Shown here piece after piece: positions 1-10,543 of a DNA stretch of 64,000 bases (position 1 is its first letter; the number at the start of each line of letters is the position of its first letter). The notes under the pieces were generated by a model. The model worked only from the letters and a program-made list of their open reading frames with translations, was not told the origin of the DNA and did no database searches. Source of the DNA: a bacterium (lineage in GTDB: Bacteria > JADJOY01); NCBI GenBank assembly GCA_046331705.1, contig JAXLQJ010000013.1, positions 1-64,000 of the forward strand, written 5' to 3'. A program made the translations under genes and the position numbers.

Positions 1-124
1 CGCGGGTTCCGCACCACGACTGGATCACTACCCGTGACAGGATCCGCAGGCGTCGCCGATCGCTCACTCATCCGCGTGCGCCGTGAGCTCGGCGCTCGCT
101 GCGGCGTGCGGGGGAAGTGCGACG

Positions 125-1042
125 CTACGGCTGCGGACGTCGACTCGCCGACGGATCGCGTGCGCACCGGAAACCGATGGCGCGGCTCCACTGGGTTGGG
201 AAGTTGTATAGACGATTCGGGCTGCGCAGAAACGTCGAGTGCGAATCGTCCCAGGCATCCCCACGAATGACCCGCAAGTTGGTGACCGTGCTCTCGGGGC
301 CTTGCGGATCGGTGGCTGGACTCACCGCGTAGTAGCCCGCGTCGTACCAATCGCTGATCCATTCCCAGACGTTCCCGATCAGGTCGAGAGCGCCATACGG
401 CGAGGCACCCGCGGGCTTCGACCCCACCGGCAGCGTGTGATCCGTTCCACAACCCGCGGAGCCGAGCGTCAGCTCGAAATACACCGCGTAGTCGCAGGAG
501 GGAGTTGCGCTGCCCCATGGATACGTCCACGCGTCTGGACCGCGGGCCGCCTTCTCCCACTCGGCCTCCGTCGGAAGGCGCTTTCCGGCCCACGCGCAAT
601 ACGCCTGCCCGCGCGTCCAATCGACGCAGTTCATCGGATGCGTGCCGGGCCGGTTCGAATTCCAGTTGCAATAGGGATCGAGCGACGAGTTGGGGTCCGG
701 CTCCGTGCAGCCGGCGTCGGCGACGCAGGCTGCGTAGGCATTCACGGTGACTTCGGTGCGATCGATCCAGAAGGCGCTCAGCTCCACGGTGTGAGGCGGC
801 TGCTCGTCGCCGGGAATTCCCGACCCCGCGCTGGCGCCCATCGTGAACGCTCCGGCGGGGACGAAGACCATGTCGCCATCGCAGGCCACGGGTGGTTCGG
901 TCGCCGCCCACGCACAGGGATCAGCCGACTCGAAACCGTTTTGATAGACGATCACGGTGTCCGCCCGAGCTGGCTGCACGAGTACCCACGGCAGCATCGC
1001 GACGAGCACCGCAACGATCGAGCGAGTCGGCTGTGACTGCAC
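125..1042 (-). CDS. Secreted formylglycine-generating-enzyme (FGE/SUMF1) fold protein
   Basis: Motifs FWIDRTEVT, HPMNCVDW, KRLPTEAEWEKAARG, GNVWEW and GFRC. GTG at 1042 follows an AGGGGG RBS and starts a signal peptide ending PARA. Confidence 0.85.
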   Translation of the reverse strand: MQSQPTRSIVAVLVAMLPWVLVQPARADTVIVYQNGFESADPCAWAATEPPVACDGDMVFVPAGAFTMGASAGSGIPGDEQPPHTVELSAFWIDRTEVTVNAYAACVADAGCTEPDPNSSLDPYCNWNSNRPGTHPMNCVDWTRGQAYCAWAGKRLPTEAEWEKAARGPDAWTYPWGSATPSCDYAVYFELTLGSAGCGTDHTLPVGSKPAGASPYGALDLIGNVWEWISDWYDAGYYAVSPATDPQGPESTVTNLRVIRGDAWDDSHSTFLRSPNRLYNFPTQWSRAIGFRCARDPSASRRPQP

Positions 1043-1245
1043 GGCACCCCCCTGACGACGCTGCCTGAATCCTAACCCGCCGCCCAAGAGCTCGCAGCGG
1101 CGAGCGAGTGAATCGCCCGCGAGCGGGACCGTCTGAGGGATGGCGCCGCCCCCCACGACTCTCGGCAGAGTTCGCGGTACTGTACGCGCATCGTCGCCCC
1201 CTCCCGCATCACTGCGAAGCTCTCGGAGCTTCCAAGGTACGAGCC

Positions 1246-4200
1246 ATGAATCGCAACGCCTCGCGCGCGCTCGTCGTGGGCTTCACCGTCGTGCTCGCAT
1301 CGTTGTCGCTTCCATTCCGCGTGCATGCGGAAGACCTCTTCGCCAACGACTTCGAGTCCGGGACGGTCTGTCCGTGGAACGACGCGTTTCCTCACGTTGC
1401 GTGCTGGAGCAATCCAGCCGGCGGTGACTGGAACGTCCCATCCAATTGGCGTGACGGCGTGGTGCCGCCGAGCGGCTCGAACGTCGGCGTCGATCTTCCG
1501 GTGCCGCCGATGACCATCACGATGACGACCGCGGACGCCTACGTTCACGAGCTGACCGTGTTCGCGAACCTGACGATCTCGGGCCGGTCGCTGACCGTCA
1601 CCGGCCTCGGCCGCGTGAACGGTCATCTGTCGGCGAGCGCCTCGTCCACGCTCGTCGTCTTCGGGGCGGGCGCGACGCTGGTGGCGAACGACACGCCGAC
1701 GGATCTCTCCGGCGTGAGCTTGCAGGCGAATGGCGGCGGCTCGCTCACGGCCCCGCTGGTGACCAACGTGTCCGGCGGCCGGCTGAGCGTGGACGGGGCG
1801 ACGTCGGCGCTGAACCTGCCGTCGCTCACCAACATCGACAACGCGTCGCTCACGACGAGCAACGGCGGGCACCTCACCCTCCCGTTGATCACCTCGATGA
1901 CCTGCGATGCGAGCAACAAGCCCTGCTACGGGAACAATCCGTTCTATTCGACGGGGACCGGCTCGCTCTTGACGCTGCCCGCGCTCACCACGTTCAGCGC
2001 CTCCACCGGCAGCTACCTGGAGGCGTATGCGTACGGCGGCGGAACCGTGAAGCTGCCGGCGCTCACCACGCTCAACCTCACGAACGGGACACTCTTTCAC
2101 TTCAGCGCATCCGGCACCGGCGCCGAGGTCGACGTCGATGCGCTGGCAACGCTCTCGCCGGCGGTGAGCGTGCTCATCTCGAGCGGCGGGCTGGTGAAGG
2201 CACCGAGCCTCACGACTCTCGCCGGCGCGGTCACGATGTCGGGCACCGGCAACGACTTCACGTCCGCGCTCACCACCGTCACCGGCTCGCTCACGGTGGC
2301 CGGCGCCACGATCGCGCTTCCGAGCCTGACGACGGTCGCCGGTTCTTCGATCACCGTGGGCGCGGGCGGCACGCTGACGCTGGGCGGCACACCGTCGGCC
2401 GCCGGCACGATTCTCTCGATCAACGGCGGCGGATCGCTGATCGCGAACGGGGTGACCAACCTCTCCGGCGGTCGCGTGAGCGTGGACGGCAGCACGTCCT
2501 CGGTGAGCCTCACCGCGCTCACCAACATCGACAACGTCTCGGTCTCGGCGAACAACGGCGGCCACGTGACGCTGCCTGCCGTCACCTCGATGACCTGCAA
2601 CGCGAGCAACAAGCCGTGTTACGCGAACAACCCGTTTTACGCCAACGGCACCGGCTCGCTGATCAGCATGCCGGCGCTCACGACGTTCACGGCCTCCACC
2701 GGCAGCTACCTCGAGGCCTACGGATACGGCGGCGGCACCGTGAAGCTGCCGGCTCTCACCACGGTCAATCTGACCAATGGCACGCTCTTTCATTTCAACG
2801 CGACGGGGGCTGGCGCAGAGGTCGACATCGACGCATTGGCGACGCTGCCGAGCGCGGTGACGGTGATCATCGCGAGTGGCGGGCTGGTGAAGGCGCCAAG
2901 CCTCGCCACCCTCGCCGGCGCGGTCACGATGTCGGGCATCGGCAACGGCTTCACGTCCGCGCTCACGACCATCACCGGCACGTTGAGCGTTGCCGGTGCC
3001 ACGATCTCGCTTCCCAGCCTCACGTCCGTGGCTGGATCGTCGATCACCGTGGGCGCGGGCGGCACGTTGACGCTGGGCGGCGCACCGTCCGCCGTCGGCG
3101 CGATTCTGGCGATCAACGGCGGTGGATCGCTGACCGCGAATGGGGTGACCGATCTCTCGGGTGGACGCATCACCGTGGATGGCGCGACGTCTTCGGCAAG
3201 CCTCACGTCGCTCGCCAACATCGACAACGCATCGATCACGGCCACTGGCGGCGGTCACGTGACGCTCCCCGCCGTCACCTCGATGACCTGCAACGCGAGC
3301 AACAAGCCCTGCTACGCGAACAACCCGTTCTACTCTTCCGGCACGGGCTCCTGGTGAACATGCCCGCGCTCGCGACCTTCAGTGCCTCCACCGGTAGCTA
3401 CCTCGAGGCCTACGGGTACGGCGGCGGCACCGTGAAGCTGCCGGCTCTCACCACGGTCAACCTGACCAATGGCACGCTCTTTCATTTCAACGCGACGGGG
3501 GCGGGCGCAGAGGTCGACGTCGACGCATTGGCGACGCTGCCGAGCGCGGTGACGGTGATCATCGCGAGTGGCGGGCTGGTGAAGGCACCGAGCCTCACGA
3601 CGCTCACGGGCGCGGTCACGATGTCGGGCTCCGGCAACGGATTCACGTCGGCGCTCACCACCATCTCCGGCGCGCTCACGGTGGCCGGTGCCACGATCTC
3701 GCTGCCGAGCTTGACGTCGATCGCAGGCTCGTCGATCAGCGTCGCCAGCGGCGGCGCGCTGACGATCACGGGAGCGCCGTCGGCCATCGGCGCGATTCTC
3801 TCGGTCAGTGGCGGCGGGTCGCTCACCGCAAATGGCCTGACCAATCTCTCCGGTGGCCGGCTGACGGTGGACGGCGCGACGTCGGCGGCGAGCCTCACGT
3901 CGATCACGAACATCGACAACGTTTCCCTTTCGGCGACCAGCGGTGGCCACGTGAGCCTGCCCGGCGCAACGTCGATGACCTGCAACGCCACCAACAAGCC
4001 CTGCTACTCGAACAATCCCATCAACTCCTCGGGCACCGGCTCACAGGTCACGCTCTCGAACCTCGCGACGCTCACCGTCACCACCGGGAGCGTGCTCACC
4101 GTCGGGGCAACGAGCGGTGCGAGCGTGGGTCTCGCCGCGCTCGCCACGATCGCCACCACCACCACCGATCTGACGTTCTCCGCCAACGGAACTGGCAGCC

Positions 4201-4760
4201 AGATCGATCTGAGCGCGCTCCATACGGGAGGCTACGACGCCGGCCACGTCACGTTCAGCGCCACCAACGGTGGAGCGATCGTTCTCCCCGCTCCGTTGAC
4301 GATCGCGAGCAGCGACGGCGCGCGCGCCGCGTCGAACCTCGTCCTCGCAGCCCAGGTGGACCTCGACGGCGACGGCGAGGCCGACACCCTTCGCGCCCAG
4401 CGCGGCAGTCCCACGCTCGACGTGGTCGCAAGCGCCGGACCTGCAGGCACCGGATCGGCCACGAGCTACCGCCTGCGTGCGCCCGCCACCGCGCTGGCGC
4501 TGGCGGACTGGGACGGTGATGGCGCTCTCGATGTCGCGGTGGCCGTCGCGGGAGCGAGCGGCGTCGCAGTGCTGCTCGGGGTCGGCGACGGCACCTTCGT
4601 CGCGGCGCCAGACGTCGCCCTTCCGTTCGTACCCCGCTCGATCGCCGCACACGACGCGAACGCGGACGGCATCCCCGATCTCGTGGTCGTGGACGACCAG
4701 GGCGAATCGCACGTCACGATGGGCCGCGATGACGGCGGGCTAACCGTACCGGGGCGTTGA
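1246..4760 (+). CDS. Large secreted Thr/Ser/Gly-rich tandem-repeat beta-solenoid (adhesin-like) with C-terminal FG-GAP/VCBS repeats; -1 frameshift near 3350
   Basis: Signal peptide MNRNASRALVVG..VHA. ORFs 1108..3357 and 2616..4760 join across a 1-bp deletion. LPxLTT motifs recur; DLDGDG, DWDGDG and DANADG motifs lie at the C-terminus. Confidence 0.75.
1720..4060 (+). repeat. Intragenic tandem repeat, 693-bp (231-aa) unit, about 3.4 copies
   Basis: The TSMTCxAxNKPCY-coding segment starts at 1891, 2584, 3277 and 3969 (spacings 693, 693, 692). Confidence 0.9.
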
Positions 4761-4946
4761 TCGATCGGCTTCGGCCGAGTCGGTCGAATCGGTCCGAGCG
4801 CCATCGGGAGGAGGCAAGCGTCCGACGAGCACCGAGCCGATCGCGAGCCTCGAGCGCTCCTCCACCACTCGCTGCACACGCGCTCGTCACCGACGTGCTC
4901 CGCCGGCGCCCGCGGCGATGCGATGCATGCCAGCCGTCGGCACCGA

Positions 4947-7900
4947 TCAGGGCTGAGCCAACGTCGCGAATCGAGCGAACAACGCCGCCGACATCGGTGT
5001 CTCGAGCTCCCACGTGATGCCAATGGGTCGGTCTCCACTTGCCTCACGAAATCGAAGCGGCCCAAGGAATACGTACGGCGAGCGCGCGTCCGGATCCGTG
5101 CGCACGAATAGGAAGAACGACCACCCGTTGCCCGGGCTGTCGAGATAACGGCGCCCGCTCGGGCGACTCACGCTCGCCAGCCCCTGCGTCTCCCAGTGGA
5201 AGAGCGACGGACTGATGGCGTAGTCGCGGTAGCGCGTCGTGGGCGAGAACGAGCGGCCCGACTTGTCGAGGGTGACGAGGAGCAGCTCTCGCTGGCCGTC
5301 CAGCTTCAGGATCCCGCCCTGCGGCGTGACACCCTTCCCGCCCGGCTTCACGAAGCCAACCCCGGCGACGATCTCGCGCCGCGAGTAGTGCCGGTGAAGC
5401 GCGAGCGGCCACTCGGCGACGGGGTACACGTCCTTCGCGAGCGGTACACGGTCTTCCAGCACGTCCGCCAGTTCGTCCAGCTCTCGCACGATGGCGGGTG
5501 AGCCTCTGAGCCACTCGACGGTTTGCCGTGGCTCCCGCACCACCCCGCGGTGCTCGAGCTGGAATGCCACCATGGTGAGACGTCGCTCGCTCAGGGGATC
5601 GACACGTGGCTCCTGGCGCCAGCTCCGAAGACGTGCAGGCTCGTCGACGTGCCGCAGCCACCCCAACCGGCGGCTCAGGTCCTTGGTCGCGGTATCCGCC
5701 TCACGGACGAGTCCCGCCGCCGCTCGGGGCGACGTCCGTCCACCACCTCGGTCGTACACGTCGTCGAGATCCCGTCCCGTCTCGGCGAAGGCGCGCCAGC
5801 GAGATCCCGGGTGTCACCGCATCCAGCTCGCGTAGATCGCGGGCCAGCGATCTGCGGCGGTGGCGAGCGCACGCTTGAGGGCGTGCAACGCGCTCCCGCA
5901 CGACGGCGTCGAGCTTGAGCACGGAGCCGCTCGGGGTAAGGAAAGCCTGCTTCCACCGCTTGGCGGAGGCGCGCCCGCGGGATCCCAGTCATCGCCGCAT
6001 AGAGCGACTCGAAGCGGAATTCCTCGCGGTGCTGCCCGATGAAATCGAGCACGAGGCAGCTCGACTTGTTCGCCGTGTATCCGCAACCCTCGCCCGAGCT
6101 GTTGCAGGAAGAGCGTGGCGCTCTGCGTCGGGCGGAGCAGGAGCAACGTGTCGACGAACGGCAGATCGATCCCCTCGTTGTAGAGATCACACGCACACAC
6201 CACGCAGATCTCGCCGAGCTCGAGACGCCGCCGCACGCTCGCGCGCTCCTCGTCCGCCGTCTGGCCGTGTACGGCTGCGGCCGGAATGCCGCGAGCGCAA
6301 AAGCTCCGTGCCATGAACTCGGCGTGCTCGATCGAAACGCAGAACGCGAGCGCGCGCACTGCGCGCACGTCCACGACGCGCTTGGCGAGCTCGGCGGCGA
6401 TGAGATCGACCCGTGCGTCGTTGCCCGTGTAGAGCTTCGACAGCTCGTCGACCGAGTAACCCTGCCGGGACCAGCGAACGGCGGTCAGGTCCGTATGGTC
6501 AGCGATGCCGTAGTACTCGAATGGCACGAGCAGTTGACGCTCGAGCGCGTGCCAGAGCCTGAGCTCCGCCGCGATTCGCCCATCGAAGTCGGGCAAGAGC
6601 GACCTACCATCGGATCGCTCCGGCGTAGCCGTGAGTCCAACGAGAATCGCGGGACGCAGATACGCCGCGAGCGTGTGGTAGGAATCCGCGGGGAGGTGAT
6701 GGCATTCGTCGATCACGACGTGTGCGAAGTGATCGGCGGAAACGCGAGCGGCGAGTCCGCGTGATGCGCTCTGCACCGATGCAAAGACGTGCTCCCAGCG
6801 CTGCGGCTCTCGTCCATCGACGAAGAGCTCGCCGAACGCCGGCTCACGCAGGACCTGACGGAACGTCGCCTGCGCCTGCTCGAGAATCTCCTTTCGATGC
6901 GCGACGAAGAGCAGGCGGGGGCGAACGCCGAGCTTGGCTGCCTGGCGCTGATAGTCGAACGCAGCGATGACCGTCTTTCCGGTTCCGGTCGCCGCGACGA
7001 CCAGGTTCCGCATGTGCCCACGCAGCGACCGCTCGGCTTCAAGCTGATCGAGAATCTCCGCCTGGAACGGATACGGACGCGGCGTCAGCAACGAGAGGAT
7101 CGCGCCCCGGCTCGAACTGCGCTCCGCACCGAGAGCATCGCGCAAGCGCCCCACGCAGGTGGACGAGTCGGGGTCGTACCGCTCGAACTCGTCGTCGTTC
7201 CACAGGCTCTCGAAGGTGCCCTCGAACTTCTCGATCACATGCGGGAGGTCGACCGCGGAAGCCTTCACCATCCACTCGTGCCCGGCGCCCAGCGCCGTGG
7301 CCGTGAGGTTCGCAGAGCCGACGTATGCCGGTGGAGAGACCGTTCCTGCCGTCGAAGGCCACGCCTTCGCGTGTAACCGAGTCCGACGAACGTCGTACGA
7401 TATGCGAACCTCGACGCTGGCGAGGCGCGCCCAGAGCACGTCGAGAGCGGCGACTTCGGTCGTGCCGGTGAAGACCGTCGTGAGCACGCGCACGCGCGCG
7501 CCACCGAGGACGAGCTCGCTCGAGCTCTTCGCGGATCGCGCGAATCCCGCCTTGGGTGATGAACGCGGCGAGGACGTCGATCCCATCGGCCGAGGCGATC
7601 TCGCGCCCGAGCTCACCGCCGAGTGCCGGTTCGGTGCGGGCACGTGTAGAGCAGCACGTCGTCGAGGACAGCGGTGAGGCCGGCACTCGGCAGCGCTGCG
7701 GTCCGATGGACCGAAAGGAGGGTACGTGGCGGTGGATCCACGTTCGCCTTGGTGACATCTAGGCTCGGCGCAGCTCGGGCGAGGCTGTCGACGATGGTGG
7801 TTGCGAGCGCAAGCTGGTCGCCCACGTCCTTCGTATCCCGCAGAACCCGCTCGATCTCGCCGGCGAGATGACGCGCCAGCAGCCTCGGGAGGTCGGCCGG

Positions 7901-8030
7901 CGACAACAGAGCGTGCTCGGCGCGCGCGGGCGCGATGGCGCTCAGCTGGCGTGCGAAGATCCACGGTCAGCAGATGTTCGTAGATGCCCTCGGCGAGCGG
8001 CCTCTCGGTCGTTGCACGCTCGGAAGCGCT
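4947..8030 (-). pseudogene. PLD nuclease + SF2 DEAD/DEAH helicase + DUF3427 (SauUSI-like type IV restriction enzyme), multiply frameshifted (decay or sequencing error)
   Basis: RLHAKAW..AYVGSAN (PLD), AATGTGKT, DECHH, GLTATPER, NEGIDLP, QQLGRGLR; C-terminal YRDYAISPSLFHWETQ..FLFVR (DUF3427). The pieces are spread over three frames and the start is approximate. Confidence 0.8.
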
Positions 8031-8440
8031 CGAGCGTGTCCGAATGCACAACTCCCCCGGCACCCCAGCAAGCCGCGGTTGCTGGCGAGTCGTTGACGGC
8101 GCGGTGATTCCAACTGCCGGGGTGACCCTGCCGGCATACTGGTGCGCGCGCGTTCTCGACTCCGCGTACGTCCGGCTCACTCACTGCCGCGCCGACCGAG
8201 ACGTGCGCGAACCGGCTCCGCGCTCGAGCGACTGCCGACTCGACCAGCGCACGATGCCTGAGGTCCGGATCGCCTTCCGGCGCTGCAGCCGATCGGTGAT
8301 GGATCGACCGTGCGACCTCGGCACGCTGCCAAGGCGGTTCCCCACGCTCCGTTTCTCACCGCGAGCTTGCCAAGCATGTCACCGCAATTGCGCGCCGCTC
8401 GCCCGCCGCACCACGCGCCGATCCGCTAACCTCGCGCGCC

Positions 8441-10240
8441 ATGGCGACTCCTCCCGTCGATCGTCCGCTGGTGCGTGATCCCCGCCGACTGCGTCCCGCG
8501 CTCGCGCCGATCTTGCCATTCGTGCGGCCGTACAAGGCCGCCATCGCGGGTGCGCTCGCGGCGCTGGTGTTCACGGCGGGCTGCACGCTCGCGATCGGAC
8601 AGGGCCTCAAGTTCATGATCGACCGCGGGCTCGCGACCGGCTCGCCGGAGATGCTGCGCCAGAGCGTCGGCTGGTTCTTGCTGGTGGTCGTACTCATGGC
8701 GGTCGGCACGTTCACACGCTTCTTCCTGGTCTCGTGGCTCGGTGAGCGCGTGAGCGCCGACTTGAGGCGCGCGGTCTTCGATCACGTGGTGACGCTCGAG
8801 CCGGCCTTCTTCGAGACCAACTCGCCGCGTGAGATCCAGACCCGCATCACGACCGACACCACGCTGCTCGAGACCGTGATCGGCTCCTCGGTCTCGATCG
8901 CGCTCCGCAATCTGCTCACGTTCCTGGGTGGGCTGGTGCTGCTGTTCGTGACCGACCCCAGGCTCACCGGCACGGTGCTCGCGTGCGTGCCGGTGGTGAT
9001 CGCGCCGATCCTGGTCTTCGGCCGGCGGGTGCGGCGGCTCTCGCGAGCCAGCCAGGATCGGGTCGCGGACGTGGGCGCCTTCGTGGGCGAGACGCTCGGC
9101 AGCATCAAGATCGTGCAGGCCCACAACCACGAGCCGCTCGACCGCGCCGCCTTCGGCGCACGCGTCGAGTCCGCGTTCGCCGCGGCGGTGCGGCGCATTC
9201 GGCAGCGCGCGGTGCTCACCACGGTGGTCATCGTGCTGGTGCTGGGCGCCGTCGGCTTCCTCATCTGGCAGGGCGGCAACGACGTGCTGGCGGGCCGCAT
9301 CACCGGCGGCGAGCTCGCCGCATTCGTGTTCTACGCGATCATGGTCGGCGGCGCCGTGGGCGCGATCAGTGAGGTCTACGGCGACTTGCAGCGCGCCGCG
9401 GGCGCCACCGAGCGGCTCTCGGAGCTGCTCGCCGTCGAGCCGCGCATCGCAAGCGCCGCCACGCCGCGGGCGCTCGCCAAGCCGGTGCGCGGCGCGCTCT
9501 CGATCCGGAGCGTCGGTTTCGCATACCCCTCGCGCCCGGACCCTCCCGCGCTCGGCGACCTGAGCCTCGACATCGCCGCGGGCGAGCGCGTGGCACTGGT
9601 CGGCCCGTCGGGTGCGGGAAAGTCGACACTCTTCGAGCTGCTGCTCCGGTTCTACGATCCAGCGCGCGGCACGATCCTGCTCGACGGCGTCGACCTGCGC
9701 GAGCTCGCGCTGGAAGAGCTGCGCCGTCACGTGGCACTGGTCCCGCAGCAGCCCACGCTCTTCAGCACGACCGTCGCCGAGAACATCCGCTACGGCCGCC
9801 CCGATGCGAGCGACGCCGAAGTGCGCGCCGCCGCCGATGCGGCCTACGCGAGCGAGTTCATCGACCGGCTGCCGGACGGCTACGCGACCCATTTGGGCGA
9901 GAGCGGAGTGCGCCTCTCGGGCGGACAACGTCAGCGCATGGCGATCGCGCGAGCGTTGCTCAGGAACCCCGAGGTGCTGTTGCTCGACGAGGCGACCAGC
10001 GCCCTCGACGCCGAGAGCGAAGCTGTGGTGCAGCGAGCCCTCGACGTGCTCATGCGCGGGCGAACCAGCATCGTGATCGCCCACCGCCTCGCCACCGTGG
10101 TCGACGCGCACCGCATCGTGGTGCTCGACCACGGGCAGCTCGTCGCGGTCGGAACGCACGCCGAGTTGCTGCGCTCGTGCGACCTCTACGCGCGCCTCGC
10201 CGAGCTCCAGTTCAGCGACGTACGAGCGATGACGGCCTGA
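8441..10240 (+). CDS. ABC exporter, fused permease/ATPase (MsbA-related)
   Basis: N-terminal TM helices; GPSGAGKST, LSGGQRQR, LLLDEATSALD, IAHRL. Confidence 0.95.
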   Translation: MATPPVDRPLVRDPRRLRPALAPILPFVRPYKAAIAGALAALVFTAGCTLAIGQGLKFMIDRGLATGSPEMLRQSVGWFLLVVVLMAVGTFTRFFLVSWLGERVSADLRRAVFDHVVTLEPAFFETNSPREIQTRITTDTTLLETVIGSSVSIALRNLLTFLGGLVLLFVTDPRLTGTVLACVPVVIAPILVFGRRVRRLSRASQDRVADVGAFVGETLGSIKIVQAHNHEPLDRAAFGARVESAFAAAVRRIRQRAVLTTVVIVLVLGAVGFLIWQGGNDVLAGRITGGELAAFVFYAIMVGGAVGAISEVYGDLQRAAGATERLSELLAVEPRIASAATPRALAKPVRGALSIRSVGFAYPSRPDPPALGDLSLDIAAGERVALVGPSGAGKSTLFELLLRFYDPARGTILLDGVDLRELALEELRRHVALVPQQPTLFSTTVAENIRYGRPDASDAEVRAAADAAYASEFIDRLPDGYATHLGESGVRLSGGQRQRMAIARALLRNPEVLLLDEATSALDAESEAVVQRALDVLMRGRTSIVIAHRLATVVDAHRIVVLDHGQLVAVGTHAELLRSCDLYARLAELQFSDVRAMTA

Positions 10241-10543
10241 GTCGCTGTCCGGACTCGGTGTGGTCGGCGCCGATCGTGGATGCGGGCATGCATCCCACGG
10301 CCGCGCCGCGCACGCCTGCGTCGAACTGCTCGACCGCGCAACGTCCGGTCATTCGTGGCGACCCTGCCACAAACGTTTCTGGAGGCTGAAACGGAAGTTG
10401 CCGTCGCCGGTCGGTGTACGGGTTCCATTCGTGAAACTGCAGCAAATTTAGATCGACGATCCGTGCTATTACCGGCTCGGTTCTTGCTGATCGAGGGAAG
10501 GACCCTCGATCGTGGGCACGATCACACGCCCGTACGCCCTCGA

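Noticed and set aside
125-330. FGE-fold C-terminus as a diversity-generating retroelement variable region
   Set aside because: No reverse transcriptase and no template-repeat copy of this segment are visible in the window; a remote DGR cannot be excluded.
1072-3258. Long antisense ORF (728 aa) and many similar Arg/Ala-rich shadow ORFs, e.g. 49148..51427, 52932..55409, 24654..26810
   Set aside because: They lie opposite or out of frame to well-supported genes, have no motifs, and are expected in high-GC DNA.
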